Origin: Trichoplax adhaerens | Lineage: Eukaryota > Animalia > Placozoa | Assembly: GCF_000150275.1 (NCBI RefSeq) | Contig: NW_002060956.1 | Coordinates: 587,379 to 651,378 of the forward strand | Direction: 5' to 3' | Length of the DNA: 64,000 nucleotides | Part shown: positions 49,268 through 61,700 of the stretch, piece by piece | How positions within the stretch are numbered: position 1 is the stretch's first letter | How the letters are laid out: each line of letters opens with the position of its first letter | The notes under the pieces: generated by a model | What the model was told of the DNA's origin: nothing | Database searches by the model: none | The model's input: the letters and a program-made list of their open reading frames with translations, nothing else | Position numbers and translations under genes: made by a program

Positions 49268-52200
49268 TTATTTTTTTGTCACAGCGAAGTAAATGATTAA
49301 AATAATGATTCCTATTATAACTAAGATGATAATTGCAACCATAATCTTGTGCTGCATCGCTCTAAAAAAATAAATAAAATGATTAAGTTAAAATAAGCTG
49401 AGTTTCATTACATAAAGATGTACTTAGATAGTTACCTTCTGTACATTCTCTGTAATACCCTATTGCTCTTGCTGAGATCCTGGTTTATTCCGCGTAGCTA
49501 TAGTAAGGGACAAATTTTTAAATGCTACTAATCAAAAATTTATAAAATCTACCTCTAGTAAACGGCAAATTTAATCACTTAGAGATCCTCATGATCCGTA
49601 ATTGAAAATTTTATGCAGATACATGTTGTAAATTAGAAAAGGTGAAATCTGCAATATACTTACTCTATCACGCGATCTCTTAATCTTCTCTCGATCACTA
49701 TCCAAATTAGTCATTATATCAGCCCCTACTTGTTCTAATTAATTTAATTACAAGAGTTAACTACTTTCAAAAGTATCATTCTAATCAGGTATGGAGTATT
49801 TGGTAGTTTTAATTAATAGGGGATTACCTGTTTCTAAAGCTATTCTTAATCCATCATCTAATCTGTTATTGGACTTATTTATTCTGTCAGAGTTCTCTAG
49901 TAGGCGTGTTCTCTGCGGTTACAAAGAAAACACAAATATCATCAACAATAAAGAATCTACTATTGATGTAATCAAATAAATATAAAATTACTTCAAATAT
50001 AATACCACTACATACTTGATCTTCTGAAGTATAGTTATAGTCTTCTTCACTTCCTAACAAACGAGTTCTTGCTGTAACAGAGTCCATTAAAGCAACACGA
50101 GCTTTCCGCTGTTAAATAGAAAAAGATAAATTAATAATTAATATGATTTTACCAAAGCAGTTTTTTACTGGAGACGGACATAAATCGACGATTGTGACTG
50201 CAGTTTAGCATAAGTTAAATAAAAGTAAATAGTTGCTTCCAAATCTTTTCAACTACTATTGCAGAATGGTTTTGTAATAGAGGTAAAATAATGGCTAGTA
50301 ATAGGATAATACTATCATTTTACATAATTTAATTAATTTGAGATGTAGTAAAATGTCCAGCATTATTGAGCATGTACTTTTGATCTTGCTGTAGTTTAAA
50401 TGGAGCACTTTCTAAATTATGAGTAAGTCGAACAAAAGAACATTCTACGCGTGATGTGGGTTGAATTCCAAATAAATGCTCGACAAAACGGCTTACAAAA
50501 TCGAGCATCCCTCAATTTAACTTTCAAGATATTGATTTAGGCATAATTCAGATTACGGACGTCGATCTCATACTGTAGCTCTGTCAAACTATCGTCAACA
50601 AGAAGCTATTTCAGTTGTATTAGAGTGCATTACTGTTTATAAGCATAACAGAACGTATCAATAGTGTTAGATACAGTAAGGACAATAGTCCGATTTGTAC
50701 CAAGTACATAAACACGGACTTCTAAGAAGAGGAAAGAAGTCTCTGATATCAATATACACAGGGGTTAAATAGCATAGCGCAAAATTCCACCTTGAATCAT
50801 AATAAGCCTATCATCCTAATTCAGAAAGATTCCTAAGCTCAAAAGTTGATAGCATGTTATGGATTGTAAAATGCAGAAATTCTCTTACAAAGTTGGTCTC
50901 CAAATCCTTATATTCTGTATTGTAGTTGTTCCATTTTTTCGCCAATTCTGATCGAGCAGTGGAAGGAGCATCACGCACTTCCAAATCCATTTGCTCTATC
51001 TATATAATCATTCATGATAACAAGAGATATGTAGAATTTGTTTCGAATATTCAATTTAATTCAATTAGCTGGATAGGATAGGTACAAGCATAACAAAGAC
51101 TTAAAAAGACAGTTTTAACGTTAAAGATGATGTGTCTGATTGATCATTTAGAACTCTTTTAGTTCTGCTTTACTATTTTCAGTGTCATTATCAAGTTTAA
51201 TTTTGCGATTGATTTGAATAATTAGGTGTATGTATGTGACTTCTAGAGAAATTTATATGTAAAATGTTCCATTATGGATTATTAAGCGATTCTTTAGTAA
51301 TTCATGGATAATTATATAATTGTAAACGGTAGGTGATGTGCTACAGCAGGATGACAAACTTAACATAGATCATATGAATAGTTAGAATAATACACCCAGT
51401 TTTGCTAAGCACGCGACATTAGTAATTGAATAGAAGCAAGGCTACACCATACATGGTTAGAAGAAGCTAGGTCATTGTCGCTGCTACTCTCTATTCACAT
51501 AACAGTTATGTAGAATAACTCAAGGTACAGTACAGTCTATATGAAAGCGGAATATACCGTATGAAATTAGGATTATTTTTTAGCGTATACGCCTACAGTT
51601 GTATTGAGTACGTTCGCTATGTAAACCTAAGTAGAGTCTTCTACTAAAGTGAATCTATCTTATCCAAAAGGATGCAATTTAATTTTACGAAATAGCGTAT
51701 TCAAGCATTGATATCAAGAGTAGGAATACATATTAAACTAAGATATAAAACTTATTCTTTTAACGTGGACGACTTTGAGTGCAGGGTATGGACGAGATGT
51801 AAGAAATTTTGATTATTTTAGATAGGTCAATGAAACCATGATTCCTGGTAAATACGCCATATGTCCAATATAGAAACTTACCAGTTCTTTCATATCCTCT
51901 AAACTGTGTTCACAGTCATGAATGACAGCCTTTTTCTCATCTACAAAGGACAAAGACATTGATATCAATTGATGTATTCAATATTAGTCTTAGCGATTTT
52001 AAACAACGTCGTTTCCACTCCTAGAACACCCTACCATGAAGGTTAAGCTGTGGGTAATACTACCTAGTATAGTGGTGACTACAACTATAATACGTACTGT
52101 ATCCATTCAAAAATTGAAAATTGGCCTGCTCCATAACTCTATAATCATTCATGCTGAATTTTCTCCGTAGTTGTATAGGAAAAACTAGCCATACATCACT

Positions 52201-52505
52201 GAACAATCAAGTGATCAAAGTAAAGTATTTACAAGACTGTACTGACTCAGTGATATTGCAAAAAACTGCAAGAAAACTCTGGGATAAATAGCCTACAAGG
52301 ACATTCATTAGCCTCTCGTGGATAGCAATATTGGCTCCAAGTGACTGTAGAATGCTTATTATGATTGATCATCATTGGACATTGTGAGATAATACATAGA
52401 ATTGACCATCTTACCTCCATTTAAATTGGGTATACGATTGATCTTGTAGGAGATATCTGCTACTGAAGCAGAAAATTGTTGTTCGTAATTTTCAAACAAA
52501 GACAT
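49268..52505 (-). CDS. VTI1A: Qb-SNARE VTI1A (8 exons)
   Basis: Spliced translation MSLFENYEQQFSASVADISYKINRIPNLNG / DEKKAVI...KEL / IEQMDLEVRDAP... / RKARVAL...SEDQ / RTRLLENSDRINKSNNRLDDGLRIALET / EQVGADIMTNLDSDREKIKRSRDR / LRGINQDLSKSNRVLQRMYR / RAMQHK, then a C-terminal transmembrane helix. Stop at 49268-49270. Confidence 0.95.
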
Positions 52506-52959
52506 TGCACCTACAAATCGGGCATTCAAATTTTGTGCTTGGAAAAGAGGAAAAAGGACAAAAGCTGTTGGCCGGTTGTACCGATTGAGAGGGGAAACGC
52601 TGTACTTTTGAATTAGGGTTTACACTAGTTATTCTGTTTTCACTGACTCCAATCCTATGGCACAGTCCTGTACTGCCAGTAGTACAGTATATTATACAGT
52701 ACTGTACAGTACGCGTGGTCAATACCGTACTGTACAATACATAGTACGGTATCCACTAGAGGTTCAAGAACAATTTTTCTTTCTTTTTCCTCAAGTGTAG
52801 AACTGATTAAAAAGGAAAAGTAACAAGCATACAGTACACTGTTTTACAACTGACTGGACATTGTACTGTTCAGTGTACATAGTAGTTTCTTATATTTTGT
52901 AATTATACAGCATTCTAGTGCTTAGAAAAGCAGTTTCAGGTGCTCCAATATAATTACGT

Positions 52960-53553
52960 AACTACAGTGTACAGTTGGTCAAACTTTGTAAAACCCTGCG
53001 TGTCCCTTCTGGCTCACCGTACTACAGTACTGTACTGTACAGTACAGTACTGTACTACATAGTGGTGTTACCCGAATAGTGAAGTGTTGATCAAGCAGCA
53101 GTCAGCAGCAAAATATAAAAGCGTAGTATGACATCATTAGACATCATCTGCGATCTTGGATATCATGTTAGTCTCTAGTGTACTGTACAGTACACTAGAG
53201 ACCCGCTATACTGTATATACTACACTGTGCAGTTGGTCAAACTTTGTAAAACCCTGTGTGTCCCTTCTGGTTCACCGTACTACACATAGTACTGTACAGT
53301 ACAGTAGTGTATGGTACTGTAATACTGGAACGTACTGTACACTGTACACTGTACAGTTGTACAGTACAGTTTGGACGTACTACGTAGTGGTGTGACCCGA
53401 ATAGTGTACAGTACAGTAGTGTTGATCTTGCAACAGTCAGCTGTCAGCAGCAAGATATAAAAGTACGGTGGCTCACAAAGTTGTGAGCCACCGTATAAAA
53501 GCTTACTATAGTATGACATCATTAGACATCATCTACGAGCTCGGACATCATGT
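52960..53553. repeat. Diverged direct duplication (about 52960-53170 and 53220-53553) containing TATAAAAG
   Basis: Shared blocks: CAGTTGGTCAAACTTTGTAAAACCCTG(C/T)GTGTCCCTTCTGG(C/T)TCACCGTACTACA, TAGTGGTGT(T/G)ACCCGAATAGTG, GTCAGCAGCAA(A/G)ATATAAAAG and TAGTATGACATCATTAGACATCATCT. Confidence 0.9.
53464..53495. mobile_element. 32-bp palindromic insertion (minimal MITE or transposon remnant) with duplicated target site
   Basis: TACGGTGGCTCACAA-AG-TTGTGAGCCACCGTA, with perfect 15-bp arms. It is flanked by TAAAAG on both sides (TATAAAAG at 53456-53463 and 53494-53501) and is absent from the sister copy at about 53115. Confidence 0.55.
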
Positions 53554-55722
53554 TTTGATTGATTTATTTGATATCACCATTTTTGAACTGGAATATTAGT
53601 CCAGAACGTACAAAAGTACTCACTAAGGTAGTCAGTGATGGGCTTCTCCATACACAAACTTGAAGTCAAGTGCTCAACAGAGTGTATGTTGCTGGCGACT
53701 TTTGGGCTAACTTCTTCCGAGTACAGATGCTAAAAAGGTTTTAAGGTTTTACATGGTGTATCTCAACCAATAGGAGATATACTGTATACGTGGTGGGCAC
53801 CATTTTGGTTCAAATCAGGAGATTGACTTCACTACAGCAATAAAATAGTGCGAATGGGTAGCACTCGAAAGATGCGTATACTGTAATGAGTACGATACTC
53901 GTATCTAGCGACAGATTCTATTCATAGGATTTCATACCTACGGTAGAAAGTAAATAATAATATTACTGTATACAGTACATGAACAAAATAAAAGGAATCA
54001 TGAATACAGTACGTAATACAGTACTATTAATAACTCCAAAAAAATGACATCATTGAGTAATGTTATCCAATAAACTCTCTCAAGTATTACCTGATGAAAA
54101 TAAGAATAAAATGATTGCAAGCATTTTACTCCATTAATTTAAACCTGCACATTACTGTACTGTACAATTAATAGACGCAAATACGGCTAAATGTCAGCGT
54201 ACAGTAAGAAGCATAATTTGTTGAGCTCTAAACATACGATATTATTATGTGCTGATCGATTCTGCCGGCAGTTCATTATAAAATTTTAAATGTCTGCAAC
54301 AAGTCTCTTTATTGTATGTAAATGGTAACAGTTGGATAACAATGATAGAATATGAAAATATACATGGATCACTGGTAGAGAATTATTAACATTGTCTTAT
54401 TTACCTTCGGTTTGTTACTCCATAATAAAAAAAAATGCCAAATCGTAGACCACATCGATTATATTAATCAAGCCAAGACGCAATCGGACAGGTTGTAATT
54501 AATATATTTTACCTTGAGTTTGTTTTGGAAATGATCGTTCAAAGTACTTGCGCCGATCCAAATCGATCACGAATGTGACACGTATGACGTATCAATATTC
54601 AAAGCTTTAGCAAGTGTGTGCAGTATTGGAGATGCAATGTAGTGTAATATAAGGTAAAGTAAAAAGTACAAGTACGGTACGTGAAGTATCACCAGCGAGG
54701 GCTCCACTAGTTAATATTAGGAAAGCTATCAAGGTATCTGAGGACCTTCTAGCAGGAAAGTGTGAGGACTATTGGAAGGTGAAGAGCTTTTCATTACCAT
54801 GATAATTTCATAGACATCGAAAGTAGCTATTATATTAATGCTAACGAGTAAGTTAATTATTCAATACATTTCAACTTGAACAGAATATGCTAGTACGGGT
54901 ATAATGCCCCAAAATTCTTAAAATTTAGAATATATTTTGAACAAGAGGGACAGCATAACCATTGTTCTACTTTAATCATATGGCCAAAAGTCAACATCCA
55001 CTGATTTTATTGCGAGCAGATTTACATTCACAGGATACAAAATAATACGGCTGAAGATATAGGCATACGATATAGTAAAAACAGTAAATCGAATACTTTA
55101 AATTTTTCTGTCTCTACATAGAGAAACGTATATATATATATATTAACAAGTAAATTAAATTATACTATTTGCATCCGTGTATTGCAGAAACCCACATCAA
55201 TTCGCAGTTATTATATACTTGTATAACTGTCTGAGACAATAGCATCGTTTTTGTTGGCATTAATAATCAATTTGAGTAAGCGACTATTCTATTTCACCGT
55301 TGGTATTGTATCCCAATGCAGTATCTACAGTACATTACATGACAGAAAAATCATGAAATTAAGCCTCATTTAGTAATTCGTAATAATATCTCCAACGTAT
55401 GAGCATTGCGGAAATTTAAAATATTTCTCACATAATAAATACAAATCATACAAAGAGTTGGTGTTTCCTTGGATGCGTGTATTTGTAAAGTTATACTAGT
55501 AAGACCGTGAGTATTTACTAAAACATGCTGTAAGGTGGAGACCAGCGCCACACGCCTTCAATAGAAGAGTAGATCCACGCTTAACTTTTAATTGCAATAC
55601 AATTGAGTGTCTTGACATTTCTATATCCAGATCCTTATCATCGTATATGCGTGTGATCATATGAACATTAAGGATGAATCATGACCTGGTAATACCAGGC
55701 AATAAGAACTCTGTAGTTGTTG

Positions 55723-56595
55723 CTAATCTTCCATAAACACATTCTCAACCTCATCAACGCTGAATTCGCGATTTCGCTTACGCTCTTTACTGGTTACCTT
55801 GGCTTTCGCTTTCACATGATGTCTCATGGCAGCCTGCTTTCGTAAAATTTTTCGGTATTCGTTGGGAGGATTGTAATTAGGATTTACAAATAACGTTGGA
55901 CCTCCAAAGCTACCATCAAAGATGCGAATTAAATTTAGAGTAAATCTAGGGCCAATTTCCACCAAAGTGCCATCTTCTTCAACGATTTGGTAATTACGGA
56001 ACCAAATTCTTTCGTCTAATAATGAGAATGAAAAAACGTGATCGACAAAGGGCTTGGAGCGAGGGTGATTTTGTGGAGTACTAAAAACTTGAGTAAAAAG
56101 TTCCTGCAATAAAGAATAATGCGGCGACGTAGAAAAGCCTTTATCAAACGATACAATAGGTCTGGAACCTTTCAGACAATTACCAGTCATCTTCAATTCA
56201 TCCATGGTGTGTACATTTTCGACAAGAAATTTAGCTGATGGTCCATGAGGTATATTACTTATCCACAGGTAAGCATCTTGCTTCTTTTTAACTTGAAAAA
56301 ATAGGCACTTTGTGCAGTTTTTTAGCTCACAAATTTCATTAATGACGCGTAATTCATCACGATTTTCTAATTTATTGTCAGACTTAGAGTGTGGAATTAA
56401 ACATCTGAGATCGTTCATTAGATGGCGTATCCCGTATGTGATGCCTCTAGCTGAAAAAATTAGTATTCGTTGCTTATTCGTCCATTTTTGCACGATCTTG
56501 TTCTCATCTTGCTCCTCTGCGTGATCTTCTTTGCTTCTTTTGACCTTCTTAACAGGGTCGCCTTGTTTTAAGTTTTCTTTTCTTTTTTTACCCAT
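55723..56595 (-). CDS. BRIX1: Ribosome biogenesis protein BRX1, intronless CDS, 290 aa
   Basis: KWTNKQRILIFSARGITYGIRHLMNDL, NEICELKNCTKCLFF, PHGPSAKFLVENVHTMDELKMTGNCLKGSRP, SKPFVDHV, IWFRNYQI and LVEIGPRFTLNLIRIFDGSFGGPTL. Confidence 0.98.
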   Translation of the reverse strand: MGKKRKENLKQGDPVKKVKRSKEDHAEEQDENKIVQKWTNKQRILIFSARGITYGIRHLMNDLRCLIPHSKSDNKLENRDELRVINEICELKNCTKCLFFQVKKKQDAYLWISNIPHGPSAKFLVENVHTMDELKMTGNCLKGSRPIVSFDKGFSTSPHYSLLQELFTQVFSTPQNHPRSKPFVDHVFSFSLLDERIWFRNYQIVEEDGTLVEIGPRFTLNLIRIFDGSFGGPTLFVNPNYNPPNEYRKILRKQAAMRHHVKAKAKVTSKERKRNREFSVDEVENVFMED

Positions 56596-56755
56596 TTAAA
56601 TGCGCTAATAAGGTTTATGATGGTTTATAGTACAAGTAAAAGATAATATACCTAGAAAACGATATTAATAATTGTAATTGTTCAAACTGATAGGGCATGT
56701 CCAACGCTGCTGTCAGCTCCAGGTCGTTAGCTTTTGCAAGCAATGCAGAAATGTC

Positions 56756-56902
56756 CAGTACTGTACGCACGTGTGCCGATTATACTGTACTACAGTGCAT
56801 ACTTCAACATGGTACTGGCTACTGGTAATAATGCGCTGTACAGTACAGTACTGTACTGTACATGGACTAATACTAGAGGTACTGTACAGTACTGTACTGT
56901 AC
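56756..56902. promoter_or_regulatory. (GTACW)n-rich bidirectional promoter region, BRIX1/GTF2H5
   Basis: CTGTACAGTACAGTACTGTACTGTACA and GTACTGTACAGTACTGTACTGTACA in the 485 bp between the divergent ATGs (56595 and 57081). Confidence 0.6.
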
Positions 56903-57080
56903 AATACTTCCATTTCTTGTGGTCCATGACTATTCAGTCCACTGACACAAATTCTTCTCTCCACTATAAATATTGTGCTGTAGCTCCTCAATCGGATTGT
57001 AGTCTAGTAGTGGAATTGTTGTGATTTAACGCAGTTTATTCCTAATATTAATCAATTTATCCGTTCACAAACACAAGCAA

Positions 57081-58114
57081 ATGGTAAACGTCTTGAAGGG
57101 AGTGTTGGTTGAATGGTAAGTCTTTATTATAATATCGATTCCACGTAAAATAGGCACAACAAAGAATTTTAGCTATACAGTAGTTAACGACAAAAATACA
57201 GTTTATGCTAGCAACTTTTAAAGATATATATGTTACTGTAATGTAGTGGAGTTCTCTCCATCATAAATTGATATACTAGTTTATACCTTATGTCTGACTT
57301 TGTTACGGATTCTATAACATGTAGTCTTAAGTTATTACGAAACATAACTACAAAATCGAACAATTATACGCGTATAATGAATGATTACGAGTGGGGACTA
57401 CAGTACAGTAGTTCGTGGTGTTGCTCGTTTGAGTTGAAACTTGAAGGATGAAGAACTACTGTACCTGCACTAATTACTCACTGCACAATGGACTGATACT
57501 TTAGAATTGACCATTTCAAATTCACAATTAATGATCCAACATGCGATTCAGTATGGATTAGAAAGTATTCAGTTAGTAGCGAATATTATACTGCACAATA
57601 GGCCCAGCCATAATAAGTCCGATTACTCAGATACTGCACAATAGATAAATGACTATCTACAGTTGTGTTGTATCGTTGAATTATATGATGGTGGACCTTA
57701 TTTATAAAATACAATATTTATAAAAACTAGTGCACACCCTGCTTGTTACATTAATAAGGATCAAATAAATTGAGCAACATTGACAAGTTTGATGGAAATA
57801 AGATGTTGTGAATGATCGATGATAAAGCCTACGAGACCTTCTGTAGAAAAGAAGATACCTTTTAAAATGGATTCTACTGTACGTATACTTGTTTATTTTT
57901 AAGATTTCTTTCCGCCTCTAGTGATCCAACGGTGAAACAGTACTTACTGCACCTGGACGAAACCAATGCCCTTGGTCAAAAATTCGTTATTGAAGATTTA
58001 GATGATCAACATGTATTTGTCACAGCGGAGATCAAAGATACGTTAATGAAGAAGATTGATGCTATGATGGAGCAGTTATCTTACTCCTCGAGCGATAAGC
58101 AAGAAACCAAGTAG
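57081..58114 (+). CDS. GTF2H5: TFIIH p8/TTDA subunit (2 coding exons, 75 aa)
   Basis: Exon 57081-57115 (MVNVLKGVLVE-C) joins exon 57922-58114 (DPTVKQYLLHLDETNALGQKFVIEDLDDQHVFV...) in phase 2. Confidence 0.96.
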
Positions 58115-58570
58115 AATAAACACTCGGATAAAAAAATAATCTATCGCAAATGCTATTACTGTACAGTACTGTACATATATGTACCGCCCAGCATATTTTT
58201 GCTGCATAACTTGTATACGTTGTAAAGTTGAATAAATTATTGTCATTTTGGAGGACCTCTGATGATTAGTTAATGAATATGGCCGTTGACAATGATGTGA
58301 TTGATGATTTACCATATAGCGCCGCATGAACACAAGCAAGCTGGGAACTAATGAAACAGATTTAAACGGTAACTAGCTTCTATGATAGCTTCGCGGGCGT
58401 TTACATTGCTATCTTAGTTTCTGATTAGTAAGTGATGGATCCATCTATCTTCTTAAGCAGTATAGGATTACCATAACATTGGTACATTAGTTGCCAGCAC
58501 CGAATTGGTTTGAAAGATCAGCAAAATAATACTGCGTCTAAGAAGTTATTTGCCACCCTTTGAGAAAGAC

Positions 58571-58745
58571 AAGTTTTGATAATTAATAATATTTTATTAT
58601 CTATTCCTAATCCACGCCAATACTATTAGTAAGTAGTTGTAGTCTCGTAAGTTATACATCACAGTAGTCACACTATGAGAAAGTGAAGTTTTGATATTTA
58701 ATGAAATTTTATTATCCATCCACTATCTACGCCAACACCATGAAG
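58571..58745. repeat. Degenerate direct repeat, period about 115 bp
   Basis: AAGTTTTGATAATTAATAATATTTTATTATCTATTCCTAATCCACGCCAATAC at 58571 versus AAGTTTTGATATTTAATGAAATTTTATTATCCATCCACTATCTACGCCAACAC at 58686. Confidence 0.75.
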
Positions 58746-61700
58746 AGTTGTTTTCACATCATCGAGCTATCAAAATAAAAAATAGATAAAAATATGATAC
58801 CAAAATTGATGATGTTTTGGAGATGTCATGTAATTATAGACTATTGATATTAGTTTACGACCCTTCTTCCAATCACTTCCCCAATTTTTTAAATAATATA
58901 TAACCATTTTTGCACAACATTCATTATCTGTCATGAAGCTGTAAATACGATGTTTTTCCGACGTGAAGATTAATTACCAATAAATCGATGGGTTTATTTG
59001 TTTCAGATATCAAAATCTAGTTTTGATTTCTACCGATTACATTTTGTAGATTTACTGGCAAGGATAATATACAGTAAAAGAAAGTAAGAAATTATGTCCA
59101 TCTAGATTTCTTACTGATTTCGAAATAATAAATTTCTTTTTAAAATCTTTACCGTAAATGCTTATTTGGATTATATTATACGCGGGGTGATGCTCTGGGG
59201 ATAACAATATATTGTATCACCGTAAAGAAATTATTGGTATTACAATCAGCTAAGTTGGTTGTTAAGAAAATTTGTTAATGTATTGGAGAATCTTGTCGGC
59301 GGTTATTCTAGCAATACCAACTAATAGTAATCAGCAAATAAACAGGCGTGATTGAACGGCTACGAACTAAAAAATGGAAAAAGATCAATAAGCCTCTAGC
59401 TATTCAAAATATCAAACTTATTATCTTTGCGGCTGATATAAATAACATTGAAGACGTCATAATTTTGCCCAAGAAATATTTACCGTAAGCTCTTTTGTCA
59501 TTACTGCAAATTTTGTATCGCAGCGAATCAGCAGAAAACGTTACAGGTACGAAACTCCATTTTTATTATAATTGGTGATTAACAACGATGACAGCGTAAC
59601 ATATGTAAGTCCTAAAAGTATGATTTAGCTGTTGAGCTCAAATACCATCAAGTGTCCTATTGTACCAATATCCTCGTTCATTTGTACCCGTACTGTTATC
59701 CCGGCGTATAGGAGTAATTTATAATTTACCTATTCTAAATTTAAAAAGAACATGCTCATTCTTAGCATTGTTGTTAAAGGTAAAATCTCCAAGTTTGACT
59801 GCACTATATATATATATATATGGGATATTATGCAAGTATGACTATACTGTACAAAACACTACAGGATAATTTACGTTTTGCTAATTAACTCTCATGCCGT
59901 AGAGATAACTAAATTCGTATTATTTACTTCAGCCGATTCTATCGATGCTTCAAATCAAATTGATGCTATCAGTCATTTTATTATTTCGTCTCTAAGTACG
60001 TTTCAATATTTTCGGGTGCTGTAGGTTCAGAATTTATCTGGTGTTATGATGATTGTAAATTATGAAATCTCCAATTTTGATGTACAGTACTATAGAGTAT
60101 TCGTATTCTTATTCGGGTGGGTCTGGAAGGTACTGTTTATAGAGAGCAAGATTTTTTTCTGTTGCCTCCATGGGCATTGTTGACTCAAGTATTGTTCAAA
60201 GGTTTTCCACAAATTAATCAATTTATACTATTTGTACGTGCATTTCTAATCTTTGAGTGATTGCCCAAATCTGGAATTAATAGAAAGTGTTCATTTTTAT
60301 CAAAATCTTCAATGGTAGGAATTATTTGGTTGAAATCCTAATTTTTATTCTCATACTGCAGTATCGTATTTCATCTCATTTCTGGTCGTACAGTATACTG
60401 CACGATACTGTGTAGAGGTCAATCGTGGGATTGACCTCAACATTTACTCACCATACTGTATTGTATACATACTGTACAGTACATACAGTATACTGTACTG
60501 TATACCTATGGATGCGTATGGACAGTACGGTACAGTCATTCGTTAATTAATTATAATTGACTGCGATTACCTTGTGATACAGTAATTGAGATCTTGTGAA
60601 GGCAGATTATAGTACTGTCATGGTAGAATGATCAACATAGTTAATTTACTGTTTAACCTATAGTTGAAGCTATGAACTTTCCATACAGTAAATCTGTGTA
60701 ATGGCGGTATTGTCAACAGTGTAGTTTTGACCGTAAATATGGTATTGCAGGGTAGAGTCCGAAGCTAGACTTCGCTAGTAATGGTGATGAGTAGAATTCT
60801 TGTACTGCATCATGGATTCCATAACTATACCAGATATTCGATTCACTACTTCACCAAAAATTGGATTGAAATGGCAAGGTGAAGTATGGATTAAATAATT
60901 TATAAGATTCAATTGATAGGGATAAAGAAAAGGAGGAAAATGATTTCCTCTTTACCTACACGAATCAGGTGTGAAACATCAGATGTGACCCGTCCGTCAC
61001 GCCACGGACCAGTCAAATTTGTAGCACATCAGCCTACATCAGACTACAACATCAGACCATGCAGATAATCTACAGTACAGTGAGTACAGTACAGTACGAC
61101 CGTACTGTACTGTATAGTGTACAGTGCTGTATGTCGTAAATGTGATCCGTTTTCTTCGGTGTGTTTGAATAGTAAAAACTTGTTAGTAAAACGCTCTAAA
61201 AAGCTAATCGTTATGACTCTTCCTATACTGTACACATAAGTCTGTTATTGTAGAAAGTTACCCACTACTTAAGTCGAGAGCTATCCGTACATATTAAAAC
61301 CATGATTTTGTGATCAATTTTTGTATCAATGCAAAAATGATAATATGGAATGTACAGTACATTGTACTGTAGACTCCGAGTACTTGTACAGTACAGTTGT
61401 ACAGTATCTGTTTCACTGGAGTACTGTATTTTTAGAAACGTTTAATTAATAAAAGATCGTTTGCTCTCTCTTTTTTTGCGGCTGCTGGTAAAAAGAAATT
61501 GGGTTGTTTTTTTTGGGGGGGGGGTGCTTTTGTTTCCGAAAATACACCATGGCTATAGGAAGTTCAGTGACTTTATGGGCCAGGTTAGGGCCTTAGGCAG
61601 TTTGTACATTTGTTTTCTTTTTCACTCTATTCTCTGATTGTGGTTGTGTACAGTACCTCATTATCAGGTCGTTAGTGAATGACACGTGATAAAGTGATAC

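Noticed and set aside
53600-55600. Minus-strand multi-exon gene downstream of BRIX1
   Set aside because: Several donor-like sites are present, but the candidate exons do not chain without stops and I recognise no protein.
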